NCBI GenBank assembly: GCA_949290385.1
Contig: CASERY010000030.1
Span: forward strand, 4,300-68,299
From: an uncultured bacterium
Lineage (GTDB): Bacteria; Verrucomicrobiota; Lentisphaeria; Victivallales; UBA1829
Length of the DNA stretch: 64,000 bases
Direction of reading: 5' to 3'
Position 1 is the stretch's first letter. Every line of letters starts with the position of its first letter. The position numbers and the translations under genes were made by a program. This document shows positions 29,660 through 41,191 of the stretch, one piece after another. Under the pieces are notes generated by a model. That model did not search any database and was not told where the DNA came from. It was given only the letters and a program-made list of their open reading frames with translations.

Positions 29660-30271
29660 ATGTCTGATATCAAAACGATATTTGCCGATGAAGTCCGAAG
29701 ATTGTCCCGGAAAGAAATTAAAGTAGCAACATCATCTTTTGCCGGCCAGATTTAGACTTTGAAAAAAGAAATAGCTGAGCTTTCCCGTGAACTGAAAAAA
29801 TTGAAAAAAGAGGAAGAAGACCTGAAAAAAGTCTCAGAAATGTTCTGTTCAGCGGGTTTTCCCCATGGCAATGGCTCTGAAGAAAGTCATTCAGAATCTC
29901 CTGCACATCCTAAGCAGTTCCGTGTCAGTGGAGCCCGGCTTGCAAAAATTCGGAAGAAACTGGGATTGACCCAGGCAGAATTCGCTGCAATTCTGAATGT
30001 TACAACGCTGACCGTCTCAAATTGGGAACGAGGTAAGAATAAAATCCGCCAATGCCAGAAAAAAGCCATTGCAGAGTTGAGCCGGATGAGCCGCAACGAC
30101 TTGAATGCATTCCTGGCTGAAAAGTTGCCGGCTCACAAAATAGATAAGCCTCATGGCATTCGCCTGCATCATCGAAAGGAAAAGGATTCCAGCATTCAGG
30201 CCTTTCCGGAAGAGGAAATTGAACCGGATACGGAGAATGAAATTCATGAGGTTTCGGTATCTGCAGTATAA
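29660..30271 (+). CDS. XRE-family HTH protein with N-terminal coiled coil (in-frame TAG at 29753-29755)
   Basis: A strong SD (AAGGGAGG) lies upstream of ATG 29660. The sequence reads MSDIKTIFADEVRRLSRKEIKVATSSFAGQI-TAG-TLKKEIAELSRELKKL..., then the HTH LGLTQAEFAAILNVTTLTVSNWERG. The track lists only 29759..30271, in the same frame. Stop TAA. Confidence 0.75.
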
Positions 30272-30387
30272 CTGTAGTATAAGGAATGATGGGAAGTCCC
30301 CCTGAAGAGAAATTCATGTTTTTCTGGGGATGTTCTTGTTCTGGAACTTTTACTGTGTTCACAGAATTCTGAAAATGATTTTTTAGA

Positions 30388-30446
30388 GAAGCTCCTTTTG
30401 GAAAGAACTTTACAAGTCTTTTTCCCAAAGGAGCTTCCTGTTTTTT
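30388..30446 (+). terminator. Intrinsic terminator after the XRE gene
   Basis: gaagctccttttgg (30388-30401) pairs with ccaaaggagcttc (30425-30437), followed by the T-run 30441-30446. Confidence 0.55.
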
Positions 30447-31249
30447 GAATGGCATATCGGATATATATTGGGGGCAGTTACAGGATACTGCATATTTATA
30501 TCATAACAGAGGGGATAGCAAAATGAAGAAAACTGAAGAATGATGATGCCTGAAACGATTGTCCTCTGATTCTGTGGCAAGGAGCAATATTTTGTTTCCG
30601 TCAGTCAGGATGAGGTATCCAGAATGATAGGAGGGTAAAAGGATGGCAGCAAGAAGAGTAAAAGAAGAGAATAAAAAAAGGAGAGATACATTTTCCTTTC
30701 TACCTGATGGAATTCAAGCATGAAAGAATTCTAATTTTTTGAGAACAGCATCTCTTATTCTGCTTGCGGTTGTTTCCTGCCGATTTAGTAAGTCTGCGAA
30801 GATTGAGAAAAAAGAAAATTTCAGGAATAGAGCATGGATAGAAATGAAAATGATGGATAGCTTTTCCTGTCTGCTTGTTTCCTGGCAAATAGCTGGGAGA
30901 AACCGTGGAGTATTCTGCTTCCCGGATTCCGTTTCAAAAACAAAGTGGAAATTCCGCAAGAGCTGAAAAAATTTTTTCAAATGTTTTATCTGCAAAAGCA
31001 AGCGGGACAGGAAAAGACGCGGATTTTCTTAAGTCCGCACTTGAATTTTTGGGAAAAAGAACCATTGTAAAGGATATTCCCCCGAAAGAAATATTTTTCA
31101 GGGTATTTTTTTGTTCGTTTTTTATACACAAAACTAAAGAAAGGATTGGACAAGTGAAATAGTCCAGCATTTTTGTATCTGTTCTGGCAGGAATATAGGC
31201 TCTTCCGGCCTATGCTGCTGCTCCGACAGGGCTCGATGCAATCAACCAG

Positions 31250-33571
31250 GTGGATGCCATTGATATGACTTGGTTTATTGCTCCGTTATGCGCTTTGATT
31301 GCGCTGGCGGCCGCATTGTTCTGCTACAAGCTCATGATCAGGTCTCCCAAAGGCAATGCCCGCATGGAGGAAATTGCCGGTTATGTGCGTGCAGGGGCTA
31401 TGGCCTACTTGAAACAGCAGTATTCCAAAGTCGGTCTTGTTTTTGCAATTCTGTTTGTAATCTTTCTGGTTCTGGCACTTCTGAAACTCCAGAATCCATT
31501 TGTTCCGGTAGCATTCCTGACCGGCGGTTTCTTCTCCGGACTCTGCGGTTTTATTGGAATGAAAACAGCAACTGCCGCTTCCAGCAGAACGGCTCAGGGT
31601 GCGAGCGAAAGTTTGAACCGCGGTCTGCAGGTAGCTTTCCGTTCCGGTGCGGTGATGGGGCTTGTTGTTGTTGGTTTCGGCCTTCTGGACATTACAATCT
31701 GGTATTATATCCTTGACCAGCTTGTGTATACTTATGACCATATGACAAACGGTCTGAGCTTCCTGGGATTCCAGCTGATTGAGCCCGGATTTATCAGCAG
31801 CCATAGCAAGCTGGTTGAAATTACCACAACCATGCTGACATTTGGAATGGGTGCATCCACTCAGGCTCTGTTTGCCCGTGTAGGTGGCGGTATCTATACA
31901 AAAGCCGCTGACGTGGGTGCTGACCTGGTTGGTAAAGTTGAAGCGGGTATTCCGGAAGACGATCCCCGCAACCCGGCTACCATTGCAGACAATGTAGGTG
32001 ACAACGTCGGTGACGTTGCCGGTATGGGTGCTGACCTGTATGAATCCTACTGTGGATCCATTCTGGCAACAGCTGCACTGGGTGCGGCTATTCCGGTAGT
32101 GAGCAATTTTGACCCGGCAAACATGACAATGCGTGTGAATGCACCGATGATTATTGCCGGTATTGGTATTATTCTTTCCATTCTGGGTATTTTTGCTGTC
32201 CGTTGCAAGGAAGGCGCCAGCATGATGACTCTGCTTAAAGCTCTGCGCCTTGGCACTTGGGGCTCTTCCTTCCTGATCATTGTTGCATGCGCTGTCATGG
32301 CGGCTCTCCACATGATTTCCTGGGGTATTTTCGGAGCCGTAGTTGCCGGTCTGATTGCCGGTGTGATCATTGGATACTCTACAGAATACTATACATCTGA
32401 CGAGTACAAACCTACAAAAGAACTGGCAGCTCAGGCTCAGATGGGTCCTGCTACTGCAATTATTGATGGTTTGGCTGTAGGTATGTTGTCTTCCGCTGTT
32501 CCTGTAATTGCAACGGTTCTTGCAATCCTCTGCTCCTTTGCTTTTGCAGGCGGCTTCAAGCCTATCACGGATGCCGGAGGTGGCACAATTTCCGGTCTTT
32601 ACGGAATCGGTTTTGCTGCTGTAGGTATGCTGGCTACTCTGGGGATTACTTTGGCGACAGACGCCTATGGCCCGATTGCGGATAATGCCGGCGGAAATGC
32701 TGAAATGTCGCATCTTCCCCCGCATGTTCGTGAGAGAACAGATGCTCTGGATATGCTGGGCAACACCACTGCAGCTACAGGAAAAGGTTTTGCCATTGGA
32801 TCTGCAGCTCTCACTGCAATGGCTTTGCTGGCTGCTGAAATTCAGGAAATTGAAATTTGGGGCAGAAAATTCAATATCTTTAGTGATTCTGTCCTGGAAC
32901 AGCTGAATACGCCTACTGCAGATAACTTTAAGGTCCTTGTGGAGACTTTCTCCATCAACATTATGAATCCGATGCTGCTTTGCGGTATGTTCATTGGTTC
33001 TATGATGGCCTTCGTATTCTGTGCTCTGACAATGAAAGCTGTTGGACGTGCTGCCGGTCATATGGTGGAAGAAGTCCGCAGACAGTTCCGGGAAATGCCG
33101 GGTATTATGGAAGGCAAAGCCACTCCGGATTATGCTCGTTGTGTAGCGATTTCCACAAAAGGTGCTCAGCACGAAATGATGATCCCGGCTCTGCTGGCTA
33201 TCATTATTCCGGTTGTTACTGGTCTGATCCTGGGGGTTCCGGGAATTATGGGACTGCTGGCTGGCGGTTTGACCACCGGATTTGCTCTGGCCTGTATGCT
33301 GAACAATGCCGGAGGAGCATGGGATAACGCCAAGAAGCATATTGAAAAAGGCAACTTCGGCGGTAAGAAACTGCCGAACGGCGAGAAGAATCCTGTTCAC
33401 GGCGCTGCTGTGATTGGTGATACGGTTGGCGATCCTTGCAAAGATACTTCCGGTCCGTCTCTGAACATTCTGGTGAAACTGATGAGCATGGTTGCGGTGG
33501 TCTTTACTCCGCTTATCATTAAAGTTTCTCCAATCATTCAGCAGTGGCTCGGACTTATTCCGAAATCCTGA
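31250..33571 (+). CDS. hppA: Membrane-integral pyrophosphatase (K+-dependent type)
   Basis: [36 protein letters not shown] and [18 protein letters not shown] are present. The [10 protein letters not shown] motif has Ala rather than Lys, the published signature of K+-dependent M-PPases. The start is GTG 31250 or ATG 31265. Stop TGA. Confidence 0.93.
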   Translation: MDAIDMTWFIAPLCALIALAAALFCYKLMIRSPKGNARMEEIAGYVRAGAMAYLKQQYSKVGLVFAILFVIFLVLALLKLQNPFVPVAFLTGGFFSGLCGFIGMKTATAASSRTAQGASESLNRGLQVAFRSGAVMGLVVVGFGLLDITIWYYILDQLVYTYDHMTNGLSFLGFQLIEPGFISSHSKLVEITTTMLTFGMGASTQALFARVGGGIYTKAADVGADLVGKVEAGIPEDDPRNPATIADNVGDNVGDVAGMGADLYESYCGSILATAALGAAIPVVSNFDPANMTMRVNAPMIIAGIGIILSILGIFAVRCKEGASMMTLLKALRLGTWGSSFLIIVACAVMAALHMISWGIFGAVVAGLIAGVIIGYSTEYYTSDEYKPTKELAAQAQMGPATAIIDGLAVGMLSSAVPVIATVLAILCSFAFAGGFKPITDAGGGTISGLYGIGFAAVGMLATLGITLATDAYGPIADNAGGNAEMSHLPPHVRERTDALDMLGNTTAATGKGFAIGSAALTAMALLAAEIQEIEIWGRKFNIFSDSVLEQLNTPTADNFKVLVETFSINIMNPMLLCGMFIGSMMAFVFCALTMKAVGRAAGHMVEEVRRQFREMPGIMEGKATPDYARCVAISTKGAQHEMMIPALLAIIIPVVTGLILGVPGIMGLLAGGLTTGFALACMLNNAGGAWDNAKKHIEKGNFGGKKLPNGEKNPVHGAAVIGDTVGDPCKDTSGPSLNILVKLMSMVAVVFTPLIIKVSPIIQQWLGLIPKS

Positions 33572-33604
33572 TAAAGATTCTGTTTCAATAAAAGAATCGA
33601 GAAG

Positions 33605-33647
33605 CCTTCAGTTCGGAAATATTCCGGCTGGAGGTTTTTCTTTTTTT
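33605..33647 (+). terminator. Intrinsic terminator after hppA
   Basis: ccttcagttcgg (33605-33616) and ccggctggagg (33624-33634) form an imperfect stem with G-U pairs, followed by TTTTTCTTTTTTT. Confidence 0.5.
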
Positions 33648-34119
33648 CGCCTGTAGGGAAAAGGAGCGAAAAATTGCAAAAGATTTCAAAACAGATTTTG
33701 ATGTACCTGAAAAAAGATCGGATTATATATTCTCAAGTTGTTTTACAGGAATACGGATTCAAAAAACAGGATTGAAATACTGCCGGTGGTCGGAAGACAT
33801 GGATGGAATATATTGCTGAAAGAGTTTTTCCTGTTCAACTTTTTTATTGCAGGATTCTTTTTAATGCCGATGAAATGCAAGCTGGCGGGGTGGATGAACT
33901 TCTGTCAGCTTGTTTGTTTCTTGGATCAGAAAAGCATCTGTATTTGAGTCTCTGTCACTTTGGGGCTGTTCCGGGACACTGAAAAGAGAAAAATGTCCGG
34001 AAGAGTGGAGGCGGAAACAGTTGAAGAAATTTCCTGGTAATCGTTTATCGGTATAACTTGCTGGCTGTACGCAATAAGGTATAGCGAATAGGGTCGATTG
34101 GCTTTGCCGGTCTCGGGAT

Positions 34120-35007
34120 TCAAGTAAAAGGCTGAATCAGTCGAATGGATGGATCCAGTTTTTCCCGGGCGGTTTTGAAGGCTGCAGTACAGATTTCAAA
34201 ATCGCTGAAAAGAGCAAAAAGCGTTGGACCGCTTCCGGAAATTTGCACCTGAAGAGCTCCGGATTCGAGAAGTACTTTTTGGATGATGTGCAGGACCGGG
34301 AATTTATTCCAGAGAGCATGTGACAGATCATTCCTTAAAAGTTTTGCCGCTTCGGAAAGATTGTTTTCCTGAAGAGCCTGGATCATCTGTTCACAAGTGC
34401 GGGAGTCTCTCCGTATCTGCTGCCAGTCCAGATGTTGATAGGCCCATGCCGCAGATACAGGGAATCCGGGGGCTGCCAGAAGAATGGGAAGACGGGAAGG
34501 AATCTTCTGAAGGGGTTCGAGTTTTTCTCCAATTCCCCGGGCTCTGGATGTTTCAGGATGAAGAAAGAAGGGAACGTCGGCACCAAGCGAGAGAGCCGCT
34601 TCCTTCAGATTGTCTTCGGACAGCAGGTGAAATGTGTTTTGAAGCGCAATGAGAGTCGCTGCAGCGTCCGAAGAACCGCCTCCCATACCTGCCGCCACCG
34701 GAATATTTTTGGTCAGGCTGATCGTACAGGGTGGAACTGGACGGGATGCCAGCTGAAAGTAGGTTTCAACTGCCCGGACACAGAGATTGCGTTGCAGGCT
34801 CCCCAGGGATTCTGCAGGGCAATTTGTACAATGAAGGCTTATCGGATATTCGTGTGTGCCGACGTCAGCGGGTTCCGATTCAAAATGGATATACAATTCA
34901 TCGCTCGGTGTCTGCAAGGGATAAAAGAGCAGATCCAGCTCATGATACTGGTCTGCCCTTTTGCCGGTAACTTGCAGGAAGAGATTGATTTTAGAGAACG
35001 CTTTCAT
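34120..35007 (-). CDS. ispE: 4-diphosphocytidyl-2-C-methyl-D-erythritol kinase
   Basis: KINLFLQVTGKRADQYHEL and the GHMP kinase motif PVAAGMGGGSSDAAA. Stop TGA. Confidence 0.88.
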   Translation of the reverse strand: MKAFSKINLFLQVTGKRADQYHELDLLFYPLQTPSDELYIHFESEPADVGTHEYPISLHCTNCPAESLGSLQRNLCVRAVETYFQLASRPVPPCTISLTKNIPVAAGMGGGSSDAAATLIALQNTFHLLSEDNLKEAALSLGADVPFFLHPETSRARGIGEKLEPLQKIPSRLPILLAAPGFPVSAAWAYQHLDWQQIRRDSRTCEQMIQALQENNLSEAAKLLRNDLSHALWNKFPVLHIIQKVLLESGALQVQISGSGPTLFALFSDFEICTAAFKTAREKLDPSIRLIQPFT

Positions 35008-35034
35008 TCAGCAAAAAAAAGTTGCAGCCCCTTG

Positions 35035-36042
35035 TTAGCGGGCGCTTCTGTAAAGTTCATATTTCTGGTTGTAGGCTTCGATTGCCTGGCAGATCTCCAC
35101 GGCAAGTTCGAGTGCCCTCAGCCCCTGGCGGCCGGGAACTTTAGGCTGGACAAGAGTGCCGGTCCTGCGGGTTTCATTGACCGCTTTGACGAAATCTGCA
35201 ATTTCATCGGCCAGAGCATTTTTCTCACAGAGGTTCAGGGCTTTTTTCCCGATTCCCAGAGCTCCGCGGTGATAAATGGTTCCATCATTTTTTGCATAAT
35301 CCATGGAAAGATAAGAATCTGTCTGGAATACGCGGAATTTGCGCATCGGTTCAGCACTGATGCGGCTGGCTGTAATATTGGCTACAGCACCATTGACAAA
35401 TTTCAGACGTACATTAGCAATATCTTCCGTCTGGCTGAGAATCGGCATGCCGATGGCGTCAAAGGATTCAACAGGCTCGCCAACCATGGTGAGAACAAGG
35501 TCGATATCGTGGATCATGAGATCCAGAACTACGCTGACTTCTGTGCCACGCCGAAGCTGTCCCGGCCGGGGCGGCGGATATTTGGAAAGACGGTGCGCTT
35601 CAATGAACAGGGTTTTTGCCTTATGCTGTTCCAGATAGTCCATGGCGGGATTGAAGCGCTCCACATGGCCCACTGCAAAAACGATCCCTTTTTTTTCTGC
35701 GGCTTCCACCATTTCTTTGGCATCGCTGACTGTGGAGGCAATGGGTTTTTCCACAAGAATATGCTTGCCTTTTGCAATGAGCGGCATGACAGAATTATGA
35801 TGATAAGTTGCAGGAACGGCTACTGTCAGGGCATCGCACTGATCTGCGAGTTCATTCATATCGTGATAAACACGGACTCCGAATTCATCTCCGACTGCTT
35901 TGGCGGCTTTTTCACTGACATCAAAAACCCCAATGAGCTGAACATCCGGGTTGGCTTTATAAAGACGGGTGTGATAGCGTCCGAGAACACCGGTTCCGAT
36001 GACTCCGACCTTCAGTTTTTCACTGCTGGCGCTGCTGGACAT
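35035..36042 (-). CDS. Gfo/Idh/MocA family oxidoreductase
   Basis: KVGVIGTGVLGRYH Rossmann motif and the HILVEKPIA motif. Stop TAA. Confidence 0.85.
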   Translation of the reverse strand: MSSSASSEKLKVGVIGTGVLGRYHTRLYKANPDVQLIGVFDVSEKAAKAVGDEFGVRVYHDMNELADQCDALTVAVPATYHHNSVMPLIAKGKHILVEKPIASTVSDAKEMVEAAEKKGIVFAVGHVERFNPAMDYLEQHKAKTLFIEAHRLSKYPPPRPGQLRRGTEVSVVLDLMIHDIDLVLTMVGEPVESFDAIGMPILSQTEDIANVRLKFVNGAVANITASRISAEPMRKFRVFQTDSYLSMDYAKNDGTIYHRGALGIGKKALNLCEKNALADEIADFVKAVNETRRTGTLVQPKVPGRQGLRALELAVEICQAIEAYNQKYELYRSAR

Positions 36043-36359
36043 GACGAGATCCTTTCTTGTGCCGGCCTGTTTTTAGTCTTGCTTCCCTGCATGGACAATA
36101 TGATTGAAAAAATGTCCCGAGAAGGTTTCAGGAACGGGCCGGGCCCGGTTTCAATCTGTCGGGCTTGATTAAATAGTTTATACCGTCTAGGACAACAGCA
36201 TATAATACAGCAGATCCGCTGGATTTTCAATGATTGTCTCTGAAACATCAGGAAAATGACTGTACTTTGCGTTGAACTTCCCGGGTTTGAGCGGTATCTT
36301 AAAGGCATCGTAAGACTGCACAATAAAAGTGTTGCAAGGACAGAAAGTCAGGAGGAAAT

Positions 36360-37091
36360 TTGATCATGCCGTCTGCACAGAAACTTCTTTACAAGCGTGT
36401 ACTGCTGAAAATCAGCGGTGAATCTTTGAAAGGCGATCAGGAACACGGTTATTCTCAGGATGCCGTGAAAAGCGTTGTCCGACGTATTCGCGAGGCTCTG
36501 GACATGGGTGTTGAAATTGCCCTGGTTGTAGGGGCAGGCAACATCTGGCGCGGAATCAAGGGTGCCGGAGACGGTATGGATCGTGTTACTGCAGACTATA
36601 TGGGAATGCTTGCCACGGTTATGAATGCGCTCTGCCTGAAAGATGCGTTTACACGGGAAGGCGTCCCTGTTGCAGTGCATTGCTCTGTGGATATGCGGCC
36701 TTTCGCTGAAAAATTCGACCGGGATGCAGCTCTGCGGCAGCTTGCAGAAGGAAAACTGGTGATTTTTGCAGGCGGCACAGGTTCCCCCTATTTCACCACA
36801 GATACGACAGCCGTTCTACGCGCACTGGAAATTCAATGTCAGGCCGTGATGAAAGCTACTAAGGTCAATGGCATTTATACAGCGGATCCCATGAAGGATC
36901 CATCCGCAGAGAAGCTGGAGCATCTGAGCTTTGATGAGGCTGTACAGGGACAGTTCAAAGTGATGGATTCCGCGGCATTTTCACTTTGTCGGGATAACAG
37001 TCTTGATATTATTGTGTTTAATTTTTCCGAACCGGGCGCACTTGCCAAAGTCCTTTGCGGAGATTATTCCGTGGGAACGATTGTTTCCTGA
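36360..37091 (+). CDS. pyrH: UMP kinase
   Basis: YKRVLLKISGESL, VVGAGNIWRG, IFAGGTGSPYFTTDT and TKVNGIYTADP. The start is TTG 36360 or ATG 36366. Stop TGA. Confidence 0.93.
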   Translation: MIMPSAQKLLYKRVLLKISGESLKGDQEHGYSQDAVKSVVRRIREALDMGVEIALVVGAGNIWRGIKGAGDGMDRVTADYMGMLATVMNALCLKDAFTREGVPVAVHCSVDMRPFAEKFDRDAALRQLAEGKLVIFAGGTGSPYFTTDTTAVLRALEIQCQAVMKATKVNGIYTADPMKDPSAEKLEHLSFDEAVQGQFKVMDSAAFSLCRDNSLDIIVFNFSEPGALAKVLCGDYSVGTIVS

Positions 37092-37331
37092 GAAACAGAA
37101 TGTCTGTAATGATGAAAAAACTCCCATAGGCAAGAGTATGAAATCTTTTCAGAAATCCTTGATTTCTCCAGAGAAAAATTTGAAAAGACCGGAAGCGCAG
37201 ATATATTATAACCCCGGCAGTACAAACTGGAAAAGTTCCAGTCTCAAACAGCGGGCCGCGGATTTTCTGCCGCAGCAGAAGTGCGGCAAAATATGAAAAA
37301 AAGACTTTTTAATGAATCGTGGAGTGACAAA

Positions 37332-38351
37332 ATGGGAAAATCCTATAATGTTGCAGTTGTCGGCGCCACCGGCGCAGTCGGCATTGAAATGATGGAAACA
37401 CTGGAAAAACGCAATTTCCCGGTTTCCAATCTGAAACTTCTTGCTTCTGCCAGATCCGTGGGGAAAACCTTTAAATTCCACGGAAAAGATATTGCAGTGG
37501 AAGAACTGACTCCCGAATCTTTTAAAGGAGTGGATATTGCATTGTTCAGTGCAGGCGGATCCATTTCCAAGGAATATGCAAAATACTGTGTCGATGCAGG
37601 TGCAGTGATGATTGATAATTCCAGTGCTTTCCGCATGGATCCGGATGTGCCGCTGGTTGTGCCTGAAGTAAATGGTGAGGATGTGTTCAAACACAAAGGC
37701 ATTATTGCAAATCCGAACTGCACTACGGCCATTATGTGTGTGGTTGTGTATCCCCTTCATAAGGCTAAAAAGCTTAAACGTATGGTTGCTTCAACCTATC
37801 AGGCTGCCTCCGGCGGAGGCGCAAAAGCCATGCAGGAACTTCTGGATCAGACCAGAGCTGTTCTTGAAGGAAAGGAACCGGAAGTGAAAGTGATGGCGCA
37901 GCAGATTGCATTCAATCTGTTCCCGCATATCGACGTCTTCCAGGAAAACGGCTATACCAAGGAAGAAATGAAGATGGTCAATGAAACCCGCAAGATCATG
38001 CATCTGCCGGATGTTCAGATTTCCTGTACTTGTGTGCGTGTGCCGGTGCTGCGGGCTCATTCAGAGTCTTTGAACCTGGAATTTGAAAATCCCATTACCC
38101 CGGCGGAAGCCAGAGAGATTCTGGAGAAGTCTCCCGGTGTGGAAGTGATGGACGATGTGGCCAATAAAGTATATCCTATGCCGATTCTGGCAACCCGCAA
38201 GTATGATGTGCTGGCAGGACGTATTCGTCAGGATGTTTCCCGCACGGATGGAAAAGGTTTGGACATCTTTGTCAGTGGCGACCAGCTTTTGAAAGGTGCG
38301 GCTCTGAATGCTGTTCAGATTGCTGAAGTTCTTATCAGCAAAGAACAGTGA
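37332..38351 (+). CDS. asd: Aspartate-semialdehyde dehydrogenase
   Basis: [11 protein letters not shown], the active-site ANPNCTT block and [12 protein letters not shown]. Start placed at MGKSYNV within ORF 37281..38351. Stop TGA. Confidence 0.93.
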   Translation: MGKSYNVAVVGATGAVGIEMMETLEKRNFPVSNLKLLASARSVGKTFKFHGKDIAVEELTPESFKGVDIALFSAGGSISKEYAKYCVDAGAVMIDNSSAFRMDPDVPLVVPEVNGEDVFKHKGIIANPNCTTAIMCVVVYPLHKAKKLKRMVASTYQAASGGGAKAMQELLDQTRAVLEGKEPEVKVMAQQIAFNLFPHIDVFQENGYTKEEMKMVNETRKIMHLPDVQISCTCVRVPVLRAHSESLNLEFENPITPAEAREILEKSPGVEVMDDVANKVYPMPILATRKYDVLAGRIRQDVSRTDGKGLDIFVSGDQLLKGAALNAVQIAEVLISKEQ

Positions 38352-38399
38352 CTAAGCAGCTTCTACGGATCCGAGCAAGGTGTTTTTGAAAAATCCGAA

Positions 38400-38437
38400 T
38401 CCCCGTCCTCCCGTCAGAGAGGAACGGGGATTTTTTT
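38400..38437 (+). terminator. Intrinsic terminator after asd
   Basis: tccccgtcctc / gaggaacgggga form a stem (one bulge) followed by TTTTTTT at 38431-38437. Confidence 0.7.
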
Positions 38438-38864
38438 AGATTCAGGGGACTATTTTTAAGATGGACAAGTTCCTCTTTCTGCATGCACTCTGCAGAGAAA
38501 CACCAATGATGTAACAACTAAATGGTATTTACTGGAGTTCCTTTTTCAGCTTACACGCTGGAGCGGGGTGGGGACTGTGAACGAAATTCTGGAGCCTCTG
38601 ACAGGATGTTTCTGAAAGTGCAGAAAATGGGGGAGATCCCTTTGAAGGAATGGAACTAAAAAGAGTCTTGAAAAAGAGCAGGGACCAGCCATTTTGAAAG
38701 AATAAGGGGATGGACTGTTTGAGGAGTTTTTTTGTTTTTTGAATGCTGTTTGCATCTCCTCCCGGCGAATACAGTTCGTGCATGATGGGGAAAAGAAAAA
38801 GGACAGTAGACAAACTTTGGGTGTTTTAACGATTCCAATCAGACATTCCGGGAGGACCTGTGAC

Positions 38865-39743
38865 ATGAGAGAAATCATCCATTATGAAGAACCGCTATTT
38901 CGACCTCCGGCGGAGGCAGAATCCTTGATTTTTCAGGTAGCCCGAGGCTGTCCCCATAACAGCTGCCGGTTTTGTGGAATGTATAAAGGTGTTCGCTACC
39001 ATCTGCGTAATGAACAGGAAGTCCTGCATGAAATGGAACAAGCGGGAAAGGCATTCCCGGATGTCCGCCGGATTTTTCTTGCAGACGGGGATGTGATGGC
39101 ACTTCCATTTGATCTTCTGAAAAAATATCTTGAGTTCCTTTTAAAAGTTTTTCCTCAGGTGAGAAGGATTAATCTTTATGCAAATGGCAGTTCCATTGCA
39201 TCCAGAACGGAGGAGGAACTACAGATATTGCGGAATCTGCGTGTCCATACGCTTTACATGGGGCTTGAAAGCGGATGCCAGATTTTGCTGGATCGCTTTA
39301 AAAAGAAGGAGTCTGTGCATGAAATGGTTCAATCTGTTATCCGCACCCAGCAAATGGGATTCAGCTGTTCGGTTATGATTCTGCTTGGGCTTGCAGGGCC
39401 GGACCTTGTTGAAAGGCATTGCCGTGAGACAGTCGATGCCTTAAATCTTATGCAGATGCGCATTCTTTCTGTTTTACGATTTATTCCGGTGCCCGGATTG
39501 AGTCTGCCACAGGAATTTCGCCAGTCTTCAGAATGGGAGGCAGTGCATGAATTGAGGCAGATTCTGCTGGGACTTGATCTGCATCATACTGTTTTCAGAG
39601 CCAATCACAGTTCAAACAGTCTGCCGCTGGCAGGCCGTTTCCCGGCAGACAAAGAACGTTTGCTTCAGGAACTTGACCGGGCGCTTGAAGGAGAAGATTG
39701 CCTGGATAGAAAAGGGCCGGGATGGATGCCTTTTGATCTATAA
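38865..39743 (+). CDS. Radical SAM protein with CX4CX2C cluster motif
   Basis: GGAGG lies upstream of ATG 38865. The sequence reads MREIIHYEEPLFRPPAEAESLIFQVARGCPHNSCRFCGMY, followed by an Elp3-type TIM-barrel-like region. Stop TAA. Confidence 0.7.
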   Translation: MREIIHYEEPLFRPPAEAESLIFQVARGCPHNSCRFCGMYKGVRYHLRNEQEVLHEMEQAGKAFPDVRRIFLADGDVMALPFDLLKKYLEFLLKVFPQVRRINLYANGSSIASRTEEELQILRNLRVHTLYMGLESGCQILLDRFKKKESVHEMVQSVIRTQQMGFSCSVMILLGLAGPDLVERHCRETVDALNLMQMRILSVLRFIPVPGLSLPQEFRQSSEWEAVHELRQILLGLDLHHTVFRANHSSNSLPLAGRFPADKERLLQELDRALEGEDCLDRKGPGWMPFDL

Positions 39744-40164
39744 GCATTCGTGGTTTTAGATGAAGAGGCCTATGGAACAGGGAGGGGACCGGAAAGAAAA
39801 AAACTGTTACCTGCAGAAAAAGAAGGGTGGAAACCACTTTGTATTGAAGAAGAATCTTTTTCCCCAAGGGATTTTGGGGCTGCCGGCAGATTCTTCAAAA
39901 ACGTATTTTCAGCGTAAAAACGGGCGAAGGGTACAGGAAGAGATGGAATTTTATTCGGAGATTGTTCAGTTTTAATCCAAGGAAGAATGAATGTGCCGAA
40001 GGATTGCATCAGAATCAGCGACTATCCTTGCGGGGGAGGAGGGGGCAGCAGGAACAATCACAGTCGGGGAAGAATTGCCATTCATTTAAACCCTTTTTCT
40101 GTTGCAAAACAAAGATTTCGTGGTATGATATAGGACTTTCATTCTGGAAACAGGGATTCAAATA

Positions 40165-41085
40165 ATGGCCGGCATAGTTGCAGAAAAAATGATTGAGATG
40201 TTTGTCATCCTGATTGCAGGAATGATCATCTATAAATGCAAACTGGCAAATGCACAGGCAAGCAAAACACTGTCCAATCTGCTTCTGATGGTGGTTTCCC
40301 CGCTGCTGATTCTTGAGTCCTATCAAATGCCATTTGACTGGGGGCTGTTTTACGGCCTGCTGTGGACTTTTTAGATTTCACTGATCATGTTTGGAATCAT
40401 GATTGTTCTTTCGGAAATTTTTTTCCACGGGACGGGAAAAAGAATTCCGGTGGAAAAACTCTCCTCCGTTTATTCCAATTGCGGATTCATCGGATTCCCT
40501 TTGATTGACGGTATCTTCGGGGCAGAGGGAATTTTCTATATGACTGCCTATACAACGGTTTTCAATCTCCTTTTCTGGACGCACGGAGTCTGGGCAATGG
40601 GCAGTGGGGGAAATGTGAAAAGTACTTTGAAGAGTTTGTTTACTCCGGCTATTGTGGCTGTATTCCTGGGGCTTTTTCTGTTTGTAGCGCAGATTCGTCT
40701 GCCTGAAACGCTTGCTGAGCCGCTGGATATGATTGCGGATATGAATACGCCTCTGGCGATGATTGTGGCCGGAATCAACCTGGCTCAGGCCGACTTCCTG
40801 AAGAGTCTGAAGAAGATCCGAATTTACTGTGTCTGTCTTCTGAGACTTGTTTTTTTCCCGCTTGTCGGAATCCTGATTCTCGCGCAGCTGCCGCTGGATT
40901 TCAAGGTGCTTTTTACGGTTTTTATCGGAATGGCTTGTCCATCGGGGGCCATGGTGATTATGTTTGCGGAACGCTATGGCAAGGATGCGCTGTATGCTTC
41001 TGAAATTTTTACCTTGACAACCATTCTGTGTGCGGGAACGATTCCCGTGCTTTCCATTCTGGCTGTAAAGATGTTTGTCCATTAA
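40165..41085 (+). CDS. AEC (auxin efflux carrier) family transporter (in-frame TAG at 40372-40374)
   Basis: ORFs 40165..40374 and 40387..41085 are in the same frame. Together they give a roughly 300-aa polytopic protein with AEC-like N- and C-terminal halves. Stop TAA. Confidence 0.78.
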
Positions 41086-41191
41086 AAAAATGCGGCAGCT
41101 GAAGAAAAGTCGGAATGCAGATGTTTGCTTTTCCCCAGGGAAGGGATTCTGTCATGGGAAATAAAAATCTCCAGGGAAGGAGTTTTTCTAG

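Noticed and set aside
31286-33400. 704-aa minus-strand ORF
   Set aside because: It is the antisense shadow of hppA. Its composition (Cys/Ser/Asn/His-rich) is not protein-like.
34432-36168. 578-aa plus-strand ORF
   Set aside because: It is antisense to ispE and the Gfo/Idh/MocA gene, both of which have clear family motifs.
38865-39743. The radical SAM gene as PylB, which would make it evidence for pyrrolysine
   Set aside because: PylB as I recall it is BioB-like with a canonical CxxxCxxC. This protein has CX4CX2C and no neighbouring pylC, pylD, pylS or tRNA gene. Nothing in the window supports a Pyl system.
40378-41082. 234-aa minus-strand ORF
   Set aside because: It is the antisense shadow of the AEC transporter gene. 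It is highly basic and low-complexity.
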